From NCBI GenBank assembly GCA_951406725.2, contig OX597823.1:67394001-67458000 (forward strand): 64,000 nucleotides of DNA, read 5' to 3'. A model generated the notes under the pieces. That model had not been told where the DNA came from. It ran no database searches and worked only from the letters and a program-made list of their open reading frames with translations. This stretch comes from Octopus vulgaris. Taxonomy: Eukaryota. Positions 28,670-46,538 of this stretch are shown here, in pieces. Position 1 is the stretch's first letter; each line of letters begins with the position of its first letter. A program made the translations under genes and the position numbers.

Positions 28670-30166
28670 CATGCTTATATGTGTGGGTGTATGTATTTAT
28701 GTATGTGCATCATTTATCTTTTACCTGTTTCAGTCATTAGACTGCGGTCGCACATACACACATACATAAATATATACATATTTGCGCGCACGCGCGCGCG
28801 TGTGGGTGTGTGTCTGTATGTGAGTGTGTGTGATTCAAAAGTTCCTTTGTCATTAACATGAACTAGTCAGCAGTCGATATCAGTCAAGATCTGTTGAGTT
28901 TCTTAATGTGTCTCCTACCTCTCTGTCTATACTTCCCTTCTACTGCCCAACCCCTTACCATACTACCCTACACTTAGCTTCCCACCGCATTCAAAAAGCA
29001 ACTGCGACCCCAATCCCTGCCGTCTGCGGACTTCCACAGCTGAGAGATTACAAGTGAACCTTTTTACTTCCCCTGACAACGTCGGTCAATTAAACAGCAT
29101 TAACATAATATTGTGCCATTAACATAATATTGTCCCATTAACATAATATTGTGCCACTTTTTGGACAATGAGTACTCACCCATCTTTTTATAACTTTTTC
29201 TAACAGACAGACAGACAGACAGACATATTGATAGGCAGGCAGGCAGGCAGACAGACAGATACATACATGCATACACACATACGTACATGCATGCATCCAT
29301 TTGTATATACACATACACATATATGTATGTATGTATGTTTTAAAATATATTTACAACACAAGACCAAAGGTAATATTAAAACTACATAAAAACAAGTGTA
29401 ACAATTTTTATGTTTGTATTATCGATAATATCGATTAAATTAGCATCTGAATCACCCTGTATAACATATATGTGGTTATGTCTTGAATATTTTTTATAAT
29501 GCCAAATAAATGCAAATAAAAAAAATGATAATACAGGTCGATGGATATTTCAATATTTCTTTGGTCATGTGCGGGGGCGGGGTTCGACAAAAGAAGCATT
29601 AGCATAGTGGTGTTCTTTAACATCCAATACAGAAATCATTGGATTTTATACACCATGTAGGACCGCAGAAATATGTTCACCTTTGATCGGGCGATTATGC
29701 AATGTGCATAACGTGTTGTTTTGTCTTGACCTGTTTTTAGTTTCGAGCCTCTTCAGGGAAGGTCAAAAACATTCAAGTTTCCATTGAAGCTACACAAGGA
29801 AACATTGGAAACCTGAGAATAAAAGAAACTATATTAATTAACAAGTATAGCCTGCGAATGAGTAACAAATCTGAATTGCACGCAGCTGGCTGGATAAGCA
29901 ACTGGGCATGCCCCTTTCACACATATACACACACACATACACACACACACACACAACCACACACACACACACACACTACAGAGCAGAGACATCAGCTACC
30001 AACACCTTTTCTCTCTAAATTTCCTTAAGAACTGAGCCTAACCCTGGGATATTGAAATACCAAGTACTAACCATTAACATGTATTACTAATTTGTTTATA
30101 ATTTGTATTCGTTTGACTTTATAAATATTATTTAAAACATTTATATTGTATGTATTTATGCTTGTA

Positions 30167-30497
30167 CCGTAAATCCTCGAGTATAATCCGCATTTCCCCC
30201 CAAAATTGAAAGGTCTAAATCCCTAGTGCGTACTATACACGAGGTTAAAAATGAAAATTATTTTCTAAGCAATGTCCGAGTCCCTATTTGCTGTTCGGCA
30301 ATGTTTATTCAGACGCATTTTGTGATTTCGGGCGCAAAAATCCCTTAAGCTAAGCCTGAAAGTAATGAAGTCGTAAAAGAATCATCCATAACTTGCAATA
30401 AGCAACGTTTATTGAACGTTATTACTGTTATTACTGTTATTTCTTTATTTTCTGCAAACAAAATGCACAAAAAAGCTACACGTTTGCATTATGTTAC

Positions 30498-30545
<48 letters not shown>

Positions 30546-30716
30546 GGACGTTACCGTATACATCTTTACAAACCAAGGACGTTATATAGACCTGCTTGAC
30601 TCAAGCTAGAGAAGGGGTGCGTATTATACACAAGGTTTAGGTTTTTCAGAGGTACAGCCCCCTAAAAATCCCCTGCGTATTGTACTCAAGGGCGGACTAT
30701 ACTCATGGATTTACGG
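30167..30716. mobile_element. Tc1/mariner-superfamily (Tc2/pogo-like) MITE
   Basis: TA-flanked TIRs CCGTAAATCCTCGAGTATAATCCGC / GCGGACTATACTCATGGATTTACGG; internal subterminal repeats tgcgtaYtRtacWcRagg. Ends 155 bp before the last exon. Confidence 0.8.
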
Positions 30717-30871
30717 TAGTTATTCTTATCAAAATTTAAGATTTTAAAGTTGTTGCGAAATGCTTAACATGTTCTCTCTCTTTCTCTCTCTCCCCCTGTC
30801 TTTCTCTCTCCCTCTTTCTCACTGTCTCTCTCTGTTTTTTTTTTTCTCACTTTCATTTCTATCTATTGCAG

Positions 30872-31389
30872 CGGTATACCTGGTTACGGTAATGATTATC
30901 AGTGCACTCACCTGTGTCATGACAATCCTTGTAATCAGAGTGTACCATCGGAACGATCACGAGTGTCCTATACCTTTGTGGTTGCAGAAATTTGTCGGCA
31001 GCTTTGCACCTCTTCTGTCCGGAAGTAGCAGTGGCATCATTGTGAGCCAACACAGTTCCCCTGAGCACGTAGCCGAAACTGGTTGGAGCCGAACTAACAC
31101 CGCTGACGATATACACGAACGACTGGAATGCTGGGGAGAAGAGCCGGGAGCTCGAGACTTTGCGAATCGACGCCGTGGCGAATCTCGTGTGTTCCAGACA
31201 ACGCGTATGAGCATGAGGCGTAAGAAGTCACTTAAACAGGATTGTATCCGCGATGGCGACCAAACTCGCCGTCCGAATTCATGGAAGAATGTGGCGCGTG
31301 CTATTGATAGATTTTGTTTCCGGTTAACACTTTTCATTGTTCTTCTCACTAACCTAATGATGATGATTGTTCTCGGTGCTTTCAGTTGA
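30872..31389 (+). CDS. Same gene, terminal coding exon: M3, MX, intracellular loop, M4 and stop
   Basis: Long CT tract plus ttgcag acceptor; G+CG gives Ala in frame; M3 VYLVTVMIISALTCVMTILVIRVYHR, MX PIPLWLQKFV, pre-M4 WKNVARAIDRFCF, TGA at 31387-31389. AATAAA near 31522 is a candidate poly(A) signal. Confidence 0.95.
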
Positions 31390-31799
31390 TTGGTACGGCC
31401 ATTTATCTCAGCGAAATCAAAACAATTAAAGTGGATGTATCTGGAACTAGAAGACAGGCTAGTTAATTTATTGTTTATTTTTCTGAGGATTCCTCCTCAA
31501 ATCTGGATTTAAAAGGAGAAAAATAAAAAAATATATTTATACGTACGTAGAGAAAAATAATGGTCAAGAACAGTGAGACAGAAAGAACTTACGAGTCGAA
31601 ACTTTGGTGTATCAAGTTTTGGTAATTCACGGATTTCAGTTCAGTACCTACTGGGGTCAATATTTTCTTTAAATACTACCACCCCCAAATAGGGCCAGTG
31701 AAAAAAAATGTTCAAGTAAGATAATTCGGTTGAATCATAATTTCTTTTAAAAGACAGGCTATGAGCTTAGTCAAAATTTATATTTGGATACCTATGTAA

Positions 31800-34552
<2,753 letters not shown>

Positions 34553-36328
34553 TGACAAATGTTCATGGTATTTATATACACATACCAAGTCTATCTTGAA
34601 GTTCAAAAGAGCTATGCTTTCAGATATACATGGGAAGAATGTATTTTTACACTCATATGTTTGTCTTCATTCATGTGTACATACACATGAGAGTTGGTGT
34701 ATATACACATAGATGCTAATTTATTCTAGTGTACATGAATTCACGCACATACATTTATATGTTTGGCAAAAGTAATTTCTGGTGAGAAAGACATTTTCAA
34801 CTCACATCCGATGTTATATTCCTATATATTTCCGTATACATGCTTGCTAAGACAAATATCACCAGATATACAGTATCTGAAGCAAACATTATTTATATAA
34901 GCAGTGTTTGTTTGTACTCATAGGCTCTAAGATTCTATCACTGATATCCTTCCACATTATTATACCAAACAACAGAATTTATAATAGTATCTTTATCACT
35001 GACTGATATCATTCTGCTTTAAGTGCAGTTTCATAAATTAAATCGTTATCGTTATTTACCCTACAAGTCAAATTTCTTACTCAGGTTTAATTCCTGATCA
35101 CATGGTTTACATTGCTAATGCCCATGATGAAGGCATTCATTTCCTATCATAAGTTCAATGAATTTGAGGTTGTATACCTATATATATTAAAAAGAAATCA
35201 ATATATAAATATAATATAAATAACATCAATAACGATACGTTGTTGTTTTTTTATTGGAATTGCTTTCAACTGACTTTTTTTATGGTGTCATACAGATGGA
35301 TTGAAATACTAATGAAGTTGCAAGTTTCAGCAACAATTTGGAAGAATACAGCATTCGTCGTTTCTCCTCTTCTTTCGTTTATTTTTTTCACTGTGGCCGT
35401 AGACATTCAATGTTGAATTATGCACTCAGTACGCATACGTATACGACAACGTGACTAAATTTACATCGATGAGACTTATATGTACATGTTAGTTCTTTAA
35501 ACTTAGATACTGGAGTTATTTGGCATTATTGTGGTGAAGTTAATCAAATACGCTGCACTTCAGCGAGCAGATCAATACACATTCGTTATATAAAAAAGAC
35601 GAGCAAAGAGATAGAAACTCAAGCGAGCCAACGAAATGAATTTAACTAATTTAAGTACGAGGTAGTATACAGAGTGTCATGTGCAAAACATGTAAAGGAA
35701 CTGAAATTTGCCTCTTAGAAAGAAAATTAAAATCTAGTGGCAATTATCGACTTCTAAGGGAAAGGGACGATAATTTCAAATAATAATTTATTCTACATAC
35801 TATTGGATTTTTATCATAAAAGAAAACATTTCACTTCTATTGGTAGCCAAAGTGATAGCTACGAACATGCTTAATTCTTTTAACATCTCATCAGAGAAGC
35901 ATAGTATTCACAAGCCAGCTAAATCAGCAGATATGTGTATTTATAAGCAATGAAAGAGCTCAACAAATAAGGAAATTATTATCGTCTCTCAGGAAATGTG
36001 AAGTTAATTTCAAATAATCATATCATAGCAAATTTAAATTTCATGCTTAAGAAAGAAATCTGATTTTTGTTAGCAGGCTGGGTAACAGATATGTCCACAT
36101 CCCGATTTTGTTAGAACTCATTCAGTATAAAAATTCATTTTTCAGTGGAATTAAACTGTAAATTTCTTTCATTTATCTCCCCCTTTTCGCTGAGAGTCGC
36201 GAACAATAGCTATTACATTTTCTTTCTTTGCTCTAAGCGGTAAATATCAATGAACTTTTCAATATTTGCCAATAATTTTATAAATGCTGCTATATAGAGC
36301 CAGATAAAATTACATACACATTCGTATG

Positions 36329-36367
<39 letters not shown>

Positions 36368-36806
36368 ATGTGTGTATGATATATATACATATATAAATTT
36401 ATATGTCAGTAATATATGTTATACACAGCTATAATTAATTATGCAGGTAAGGATAGTAAAATTAAAAGTATACAACAATTGCATCGAAAATTCAAAAGAC
36501 TTAAAAATTGCTAAGCTTTTGGATTATGTCCTAATAGACAACCTACAAATATATATGTATATATATATTCATACAATAATATAAGAAATGTATATATTAT
36601 TAATACGTAATATATAAATGTATGTGTGTATTTATTCATGCTTATATAGTTATAGGTATATTTCCACAAAATATATAAACATATTGTATATGCATGTATA
36701 CATAATACTTGCATGTATAAATATACGTTATACAGACACACTGACACATACATACACACACACACACTGATACATACGTATACACACATATATCCATAAT
36801 ATTTAC

Positions 36807-36861
<55 letters not shown>

Positions 36862-36928
36862 GGTGGGGTGTATGCGCGCGTGTGTGTAAGTGTATGCATA
36901 TATATATACATATAATATATATAAATTT

Positions 36929-37150
36929 GAGAAAAACCACTATTATGCAATTCAAACAATGGTAGACATAAACCAAATCATAAAGAAAAAATAAAATATA
37001 TTATAAAACATATAACTAGATCACAAAAAGTACAAAAATGAATAAACAATATATAATAAGTGATCTAGTTATATGTTTTATAATATATTTTATTTTTTCT
37101 TTACCATTTGGTTTATGTCTATCATTGTTTGAATTGCAGTGGTTTTTCTC
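36929..37150. repeat. Near-perfect ~95-bp AT-rich inverted repeat with a 35-nt loop
   Basis: 36929-37024 versus 37060-37150, including a long exact stretch aaagaaaaaataaaatatattataaaacatataactagatcac and its complement. Confidence 0.9.
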
Positions 37151-37396
37151 TAATTCATATATATTATATATTTATATTGTGAAATTTGATTTAATACTAA
37201 ATTGAATTTTTCCCTGTAAGTTTGGAGTTATACTCCCTAATATTATTATTATTATTATATATACATATATATATGTATCAGATGTTTCGAATCGTTTGTA
37301 GCTCAACGTTCGTATGGACATGGCAGCATATAAAACAGTGTCGGATCACAGTCAAGAAGATAATATTTAAGTTCAAAGCTGTACTTTAGTCCTTAG

Positions 37397-37507
<111 letters not shown>

Positions 37508-38413
37508 TGTGTGTGCGTGTGATGAAACATATATGATTCTATAACTTTTATTATGGAATTCTTCAACAGTTGAGTACTACGTTTTGGTTGTTTTGTAAAA
37601 TTGATATAGTACATTATTTTGTTTTGTAATAGATATTTCTCGTTTTTGGAACAGTTTTAAACGTGACAATACATATTTACGTTCTGCTGGCTCTAAATCA
37701 AATCGTACCTCTTCACCATTGACAAAATGCCATTTGAGTATTCGTAGGCAAGTCAAGCTGAGACAAAGTGTTGTACGATAATTTTTATTGCGCCTGTACA
37801 TGAGAAATACTTACGTTATTGCTACTGGTATGATTTTGAGAAAGATCGATAAGAGATCATCGTGTTGGAAGCAACATTTTCAACACAGCATATTGCATTT
37901 TTAAAGAGAAATGTTTGTCGTTTACAATTACTTGTTTTTGGTGATTTTTTTCTACAATTAATAATTCTCTGTTAAAAATATTCTTAATTATTACTCATTA
38001 ATAATTAAACCATTTCTTAACAATAATTTCATCACGACATAGTAAAATAAGATACAAAATTTATTTCGAACAATATTCTTAAATAATTGCTACAAGAGAG
38101 GAATAGTGGTTTCAATACAACATAACGTACTTTCGTTCATTTTTTACCAGCTTCCCATCAGCTCCCCCCAACAAAAGAAATTAGTAAATATTTGTAAATT
38201 TCTATATAACTATTTATCGAGAGAGATTTGGTGCATCTGGTTTATATCTCATTGTCATACGTATCAATAACTACTTTAAAAATTGTTCTCTTCACTTTGT
38301 AAATATATTGAGAAATCTAAAGAAAAAAATAACGTGCATAACCAATCTTTCAATATATATATATATACACACATATATATGTACGTATCTCTGAGCGTGT
38401 ATTTATGTATGTA

Positions 38414-38454
<41 letters not shown>

Positions 38455-38580
38455 GCATGTATGTGTGAATGAATTAGTAATATAATGTATATAAAAATCT
38501 ATACAGGTGTATTTGTATTTACATATATATCATATATAAACTTACGTATACATACACATGAGTATATAGATATATACATG

Positions 38581-38640
<60 letters not shown>

Positions 38641-38994
38641 CGTAAATTTCATATGTATATACATATATATATATATATAATTTTGATAATTTTGGTAGGT
38701 TTCGGCCAGTATAGGCCCAGGCCATATCTAACTTAATAGTACCAGAATGTATAAATACATACGTATATGTATATGTACGTACGTTTGTTCTTGCCTAACG
38801 AATAAGAGAGAGGTACTTAATTCATATCATGAGGGATATGTGCTATTTTCTTGAAACTGAAACCGAGTGTTTGGCTCATGACTCAAGTTTCACTCCTCTG
38901 CAATTTTCTGAAGAGAACTCGCCTGAAGATCGCAGTGTCCTGAAATTTGAGTCGGGTGCAAACTCAATTTCATTTTCAAGTATATATATGTATA

Positions 38995-39040
<46 letters not shown>

Positions 39041-39191
39041 CATACATACATACATACTTACACACATACATACATACATACATACACACATACATACATA
39101 CATATGTATATATATATATATATATACATACATACATACATACATACATACATACATACATACATACACACATACATACATATGTATATAA

Positions 39192-39223
<32 letters not shown>

Positions 39224-39534
39224 ATATATATAGAGAGAGATATATATTCGTTCTACATAGAGATATAATTTTAATATATATGTGTGAATAGGTATGCATA
39301 TCTATATGTATATATATATGTGTGTGTGTGTGTGTATTCAAATATATGCTTGTACATATATATACATATATATACTTATATATGTACGTACATATTTATA
39401 TTTACGTATGTATGCATGTATATATTTATAAATATACATATATATATATATATATACATATGTATAATTATATACATACGTGTGTATATATATGTATATG
39501 TATATATACACACATTATATATATATATACATAT

Positions 39535-39574
<40 letters not shown>

Positions 39575-40333
39575 TATTCGTTCCACATAGGAATATAATT
39601 TTAATATTTCAGGAATTTTTTTCCAGTTGTTGAAGTAGCATGGAGATATACATGAAATTATAAGCAAATTGTTTTCAGAGATTATTTTGAGGGGGGCAAA
39701 ATGAGCAAATGAATCTAAACGCAAAATGAGGGCTATTAAGACACACAGACATTCCAAAGATCATATGATGTCTTTGAAATCGGAGAATACATATCGAAGA
39801 TTGATTTCAAGCCAAATATATTTTGAGCCTACGAATAGAATACCAAAAAGCACCATCCTGCCAAACATTTACGGTTTTACGTCCTCCGTTGTGAGGATGA
39901 CAGTTTCTTTGTTGTATTTTTTGTTTGTCTTTGGGTTTATCTTTTTTTTTTATTTTTGTCTTTTGTCTTTCTGTTTGTACCTTGTTGTTGCTTCGTTCAT
40001 TAAATAAATCAATCCAATTTCATTCATATTTCTGATAATTTTTTTTAAAATTTACTCTATGAAAAGAATTTGAATTTCTAAATTTCCCCATACAGCTTCT
40101 TTTTTTTTTTTACTTCGGATTAAAAAAATTGCTCGAGCAGCGAATGAAATTCCTTCTGGTATTTAGATATGTTTCCATTTGGCTTCGAATCTCATATCTC
40201 TGAGGAAAGGATCCATAATGTACCAGCCAGACTCTAAAGATCACTTAAATGGATAACACACCTCCAAAGACAGACTGTGTGCCGAAGTCAGTGATAAAAG
40301 AATTTAATATTATCATTATTATTATTATTATTA

Positions 40334-40370
<37 letters not shown>

Positions 40371-40737
40371 CACCATCATTATTATTATTGTCATCATCAT
40401 TATCATCATTATTAACATCATCATCATCATCAAATTTGAGAAGTAGTGTACGACTGAATCACTAGAGCGCGAGTTTTTTCGGTTTTTTTTTTACGTTTGC
40501 ATTCTAAGTTTCATTCTTCCAAGGTCAACTTTGCCTCTCATCCCCTCTGCATCGACAAAATAAAGTACCTATATCGAGGCAATCGACTTACCCCTCCTCC
40601 CAAAATTGCTGGCCTTGTGCCACAATAAGAAAGTATTATTATTATTATTATTATTATCATTTGGCCTTCTTCTAAAATTTGAAATCATTATTATAATTAT
40701 CATTATTACTATAATTATCATTATTATTATTATTATT

Positions 40738-41292
40738 GAGTGAGAGAGCAGTTCATGCCATCAAAGTGACACTGGGGTAAAATATACGAAGCCCAATATA
40801 CCCATCATGACTACCCGTCTGATAAGGGTACACCAGGCACATGCATCACAACCATATGTGCGCGACATGGTGATCTCATATCAAGATAAACAGCACATGA
40901 CCTTGCAGGTGGGACCCAGTTAGAATTTCCTTCAGGTTGAGTAGCCCATCCCGCTCAAAAGGTCCCTGAATAAGGGTTGTTTAAGGATGTTGAAAGAACT
41001 ACCCATGTTTCCAGAGGTGAATTATTCAAACCCCAAAGAATCCCTCTCAACACATGGCTATGATGCTCCCCCACTACTTCTGCTCGTGATCAGAGATGCA
41101 CATATCGTCAGCCACTAAGGGACGTGCTCAACTGGTTAAGGTCAAACAACTGACCAAGCAAATCTGTGGTATTGAGCAGAATATTTGCTGTAGCCCATCT
41201 TTTATACCAAGACAAAACAATGTACATGATAACACTTCCAATCAGTTAAGATCAGAAGCCATGAGAACCACTGCCTGATACTGCATCAGGGC

Positions 41293-41294
<2 letters not shown>
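40738..41294. mobile_element. ~555-bp interspersed element inserted in an (ATT)n microsatellite
   Basis: Complex sequence with (ATT)n abutting both ends; no TIR and no meaningful ORF. Confidence 0.65.
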
Positions 41295-41342
<48 letters not shown>

Positions 41343-41346
41343 ATTA

Positions 41347-41385
<39 letters not shown>

Positions 41386-42099
41386 TCTGTCGGTGTTACA
41401 GGTGTTTTATTTCGCTCTGTTTAAATACCTTTTTTGATAGTTTGTCTTCGTTAGGGATTTGTTATTGTTGATTGTTCCCTTTTGTTACGGAACCGGCCTC
41501 AACAATAAAGAGCTAATCGGTTTCATTTGATTTTCGTCCTCATGGGGCTATATTCCCAAAAACGTAGTTACAAGCTAACTAACTAATCGATAAATTAAAA
41601 GTATTTTGTAAAATCTAAGTAACATCAAATAGCCGTCGACTCTGCTAATAAACCAGCGAGAGATGGCGCTGAGAGAAAAAACAAGTGAACAGGATGGCGT
41701 TGATATTGAAAGCTTTTTCTTCGCTTCTGTCATTAGATTTAACTCTCTCTTTCTCTCTCTCTTTCTCCCAGTCATCAACGCCACAACAGCTATCAGACTT
41801 CAATGAAGGGGGCGGAAATGAGTAGTTATAGAAACCACAACCTATCAAACAATAACAGAAACACTAATATTGAGCAAAAAGGTTAAGAACAGGACAGAGT
41901 AGATGCAACATAATACAGTAACACATTCAACAACTGTGACAATAGTAACAAGATGGAGCGTGTCAAAAGCGACAACAAGCATCACACTGAAAGTAAAGTG
42001 GGTTTAACAACAACAGTAATAATGACACCAACAGCTCAATTACTAATCGCCTGAACATCATCCATAAAACAAAGTAGCATTACCCACCACCATCACCAC

Positions 42100-44520
42100 C
42101 TCAGATCTATCCCACCCGAAATCAACAACAGTAGCATAAGTTATAACAAAGCGACGCCGCTGACTCGCTCTTTTGCATGTGTAGTGTGTCCACTAGAGGG
42201 ATTAGAGTTACCAGAAGAAAAACTGACACAAGCTACGAATCTAATACAAAGATTAAAGGAAAACAATTTGCCTTCATTGACAAATAAGGGGGTTGGGAAC
42301 GTCCAAAAAGATACAGCTTCACATATCGATAGAGTTAACTCTAGCCAGTAAAAGTCGAAGTATAGAAGTTTGATATATGAGCATATAGATGAAAGAAATG
42401 TGACGAGAAAGAATTCGTCACTTGTGGTGTTATGAAACTATAGGCAATAGGTTCTACTCCTGCGGGTGAAGCGAGGAAATGTTCGTTATCCAAAGCGGGC
42501 CGGGGAGAGGCGATGTAACACCAAACATTGGGTAGTACATGTGATACCAGAATAAAACATCTCGTAGCTAGTGTCAGCGGCTTTGGCTGAACAGTATGAA
42601 GACATGCTAGTCCTACGTTAGAACTTGTTGAAAATGCGAGTGGAGCTTTTATCAAAACGGATCGGGAAAATCTTGAAATCATTCCCAATATGAGCTTTCA
42701 AACAGCGCCTATCTGTTTGTGGCGATGAAAAGAGGAAAACCCAAATTGCACATTTGTTGTGTCACCGTCCCCTTAAAGATCTGCTCAAAGCAGTAAACAA
42801 ATACAGTACGAACCTTACCGCTGCTGTCTTCATAGCCATAAGAATAACACGGCAGTAGAGGCCAATATCATACATACCACAATCAGAAGAAGCTCTCCTT
42901 CATTTTACGTGTTCACCGAAAGACAAAAACAACACACATACACACGAGAACCATTCCTCGTGAACTTCACTGTACGGAAGCAACAAGAAGTTTATGAGAC
43001 TCATTGAAAAATGTACAAAACAACAAATGATTTTGACGCGCTTATTCTCAGGACACAACTGAACAGATTTCTGCTCAGAACACCTTAGACTTAAGGACAA
43101 AATCCCCTGGTAAAATGGGAATGTTCCAGAACAGGGTATCAGAGAATACAAGGATGGTTCATTGATTACCTTCCTATCGAGAAGACTGGACCATTAGCCG
43201 ACTCGGAAGTATCGCTTGCTCAACGTCTAGACATAAATGTAAGAGCTATTAGCGATACTAGAATTCGACGTACTAATGGTAAAAATAGTCATTGGCCATA
43301 TTTTCAACATGAAGCACGAATGTGACGTTGTCATAGCTATGGTCTAAGTGCTCTGAGATGTGACAGAACGAAAATTTGATAAATGGGCTCGTGTGGAAGA
43401 ATTACAGCGTGTGAATTACTGCCCAATTTTACGAACCTGCAAGAGGAATGCTTTTGGATTACAACTTGTGTGACACTTTCCAGTTCTTTTTGTTCAGCTA
43501 TTCAAAGCATCTAGTGGACCGGGTACAGCAGTGGTCTTTGATGCCTTCCTCGACGGACTGTCGCAACGCTCGGCGAAGAATTTAGAAAGTCAACAGCAAT
43601 TACAGCTAAATACGATTGACAGTATGTGTGGTTGTATAAGGTTGTATAAGGGGGAAAATGCTTTTTTAGATGGGCTGCTCTATAAGCTTTACAAATACAT
43701 TTTTCGTTTTCTTGTTATTGACTTTTACGTGAACACGTGCTACATTTTACAGCAAAAAGAAAGAATCACCAGTCCTGTGAGCCGGAAAATGTTAGTAATG
43801 ACAAGGAAGGATGCAAACGAGATAGTTGTTATTGATCATTTCCACCCAATAGCTCAGCTGAATGCATTGTTTAAAATGATGGAGGTGCTAGCAAAGAGGT
43901 TCGAGCTAGTCGTTGACAGTGTGATATGGAAAGTGAAGAGCTCTGCGATTCTGGTTAGATTTATCTCTATCCTATGACAGTCGCTATCCTAAGTAATACA
44001 TAATAGTGAGAGAGAGTAACAAACCTGGCTTTGATAAAGCTTTAATCAATTTAGATCAAACGAAACATTTCAATGGAGTTGAACATTTTCACAGCAGTTT
44101 GTTCCGATCTCCTTCTCAGTGGCTGGATTGTATCTATCTACAGCGCACCACTTATTGAAACAGTTTTGAATTACACATTCAATACATCAAGATTTTCCTC
44201 CCTCATAGATTTTATATGAAATAATTCTCAAGATATGACTAAGGATAACGGATGTATTGAAGGGCACCACGTTCCAAACGGGAAGCTAGGAAACTGTATA
44301 AACATATGCTAACGATATCACGGAAATTTTTTTCAGCACCTCAAAAATCGAGATAGTCCTCAATGTCCTAAAAGGTGGATGGTGGTGAAAGGAACTAAGC
44401 TTAATCCAAACGGGTTGGTGAGATTGCAGCTCGGTACCTAGAAGGAAAATATTATGCCTAAGACCAATGTGTGGAGCTTTGGCTGACAAATTTGTGTAGT
44501 TTCTTAGAATCTAGTTTAAG
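42100..44520 (+). mobile_element. Decayed L1/Tx1-like LINE
   Basis: RT motif remnants HFHPIAQLNA..MEVLAKRF (about 43835-43905), ALINLDQTKHFNGVEH (44039-44086) and YANDIT (44305; YADD equivalent); many stops. Boundaries approximate. Confidence 0.7.
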
Positions 44521-44689
44521 TTTTCTTGATTGGCCTAATGAGTATATCCTCCCTATTGGAGCCATTTCCTTGTTTTTATGATCTTTCCTTTTCCGTCATT
44601 TCATTACTCGATGTATACTTTCAATCTTGTATGCCGAGTGTTGTACTGTCTACAGTGTCTGAATTTCTTCTGGCTAATAAAGACATAAT

Positions 44690-44720
44690 AATAGTAACCA
44701 CAACTACAACAACAACAATG

Positions 44721-44806
<86 letters not shown>

Positions 44807-44810
44807 TATA

Positions 44811-44857
<47 letters not shown>

Positions 44858-45112
44858 GTCGACGAGCTGGCAGAATCGTTAGCACGTCGGGCAATATGCT
44901 TAGCGATATTTTGTCTGTCTTTACGCTTTGTGTTCAAATTCAGCCGAGGTCGACTTTGCGTTTCATCATTTCGGGGTCGATAAAATAAGTACCAGCTGAT
45001 CGCTAGGGTCGATGTAATTGACTCATCCCCTCCCATAAAATTGCTGCCCTTGTGGCAAAATTTGAAACCGTTATTATTATTATTGTTGTTGTTATTATTA
45101 TCATTATTGTTA

Positions 45113-45159
<47 letters not shown>

Positions 45160-45171
45160 GTATTGTTGTTG

Positions 45172-45226
<55 letters not shown>

Positions 45227-45243
45227 CATCATCATTATTATCA

Positions 45244-45279
<36 letters not shown>

Positions 45280-45524
45280 GAGCAGCGAGTTGGTTGTATC
45301 GTTAGCACGCCGAACAATAAGTTACACGGCATTTCTTCTGGTTTTACGTTCTGAGTTCAAATTCCACCGAGGTCCACTTTGCCTTTCATCCGTTCTAGGT
45401 CGATAAAATAAGTACCAGTGAGTACTGGAGGGGGGGTCGATGTAGTCGACTTACCTCCCACCCCTATCCCCGAAATCGCTGGCCTTGTGCCAAAATTTGA
45501 AATCATTATTATTATCATTGTTAC

Positions 45525-45569
<45 letters not shown>

Positions 45570-45736
45570 TTAATTCATCCGATTTCTTTGTTAACCCCAC
45601 ACACACTTTGTAACTTGTTCCTATTATGTCCTCTCATTCTTCGCCCTTGTGGTAATAATAAAGAATTCATCATAATTATTATTGTTATTATTTTTATTTT
45701 TATTTTGCTGGCAAATAAAAAAAATCATTTTCCTCG

Positions 45737-45832
<96 letters not shown>

Positions 45833-45890
45833 TTATTATTATTATTATTACTAACTCATCATCCTCATCCTCATCATTATTATCGTTATC
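44690..45890. repeat. (ATA)n, (ATT)n and (ACT)n trinucleotide fields
   Basis: Direct reading; source of the poly-I/L/Y/N ORFs. Confidence 0.95.
44856..45500 (+). mobile_element. Two family A SINE copies embedded in (ATT)n tracts
   Basis: Copies at 44856-45070 and 45280-45500; a further decayed copy lies at about 40440-40630. Confidence 0.8.
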
Positions 45891-46486
45891 ATGGTTTTTA
45901 TACAAATAGCAGAAATTGATTTGACGTAAACAATGCTTTTGTTTTTTGTTTTTGTGTGTGTGTATATTTGAACATGAGTCCCCTGGAAAAATAAATCAAG
46001 ACTTTTAGTTAACTGCAGTGCACCGTCCCCTAAAGGCGAATACAAAGAAGTTTCCTTTTTTTTTTTTTTTTTTTGCTGTTTGCATTTTGAAAGAGGAAGA
46101 GAAAGAAGGCGGAAAAATAAGAACATCTAATGAATGTGTACTGTCAATGGTTTCAATCCAGCAGCCTTAAACTAAATAAGCTCAAAAGAAAAATTATCAA
46201 AAAATCCGTTGTGTTTCATATATTCTCATCAAACGCTATTCATTTCTCTCTAAGTCATTTTCATTACGAAAACAACAAAAACAAACATTCGATTCCTCAA
46301 AGCCACTAGGAAATCATTTTCTTTTTACACTTTATATCCTAATGTTGAGTGCATTATACATTACGATTGCTATCGAACATCATTTCGTTTTGTTAATGTT
46401 GTATAACTAGATATAATACATAGAGTTTTATACGTGATATATACTTTCAAAACATATGAGTATGCATATATACATACATACATACA

Positions 46487-46538
<52 letters not shown>

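Noticed and set aside
29098-29156. Three ~19-bp tandem repeats cattaacataatattgt(g/c)c
   Set aside because: Simple minisatellite with no spacers; not CRISPR-like.
29725-29765. CTGAAGA...GAAAC..GTC on the - strand
   Set aside because: Stem II is too short and stem I does not pair; not accepted as a hammerhead.
43531-43977. 148-aa ORF as a host gene
   Set aside because: Part of the decayed LINE RT region.
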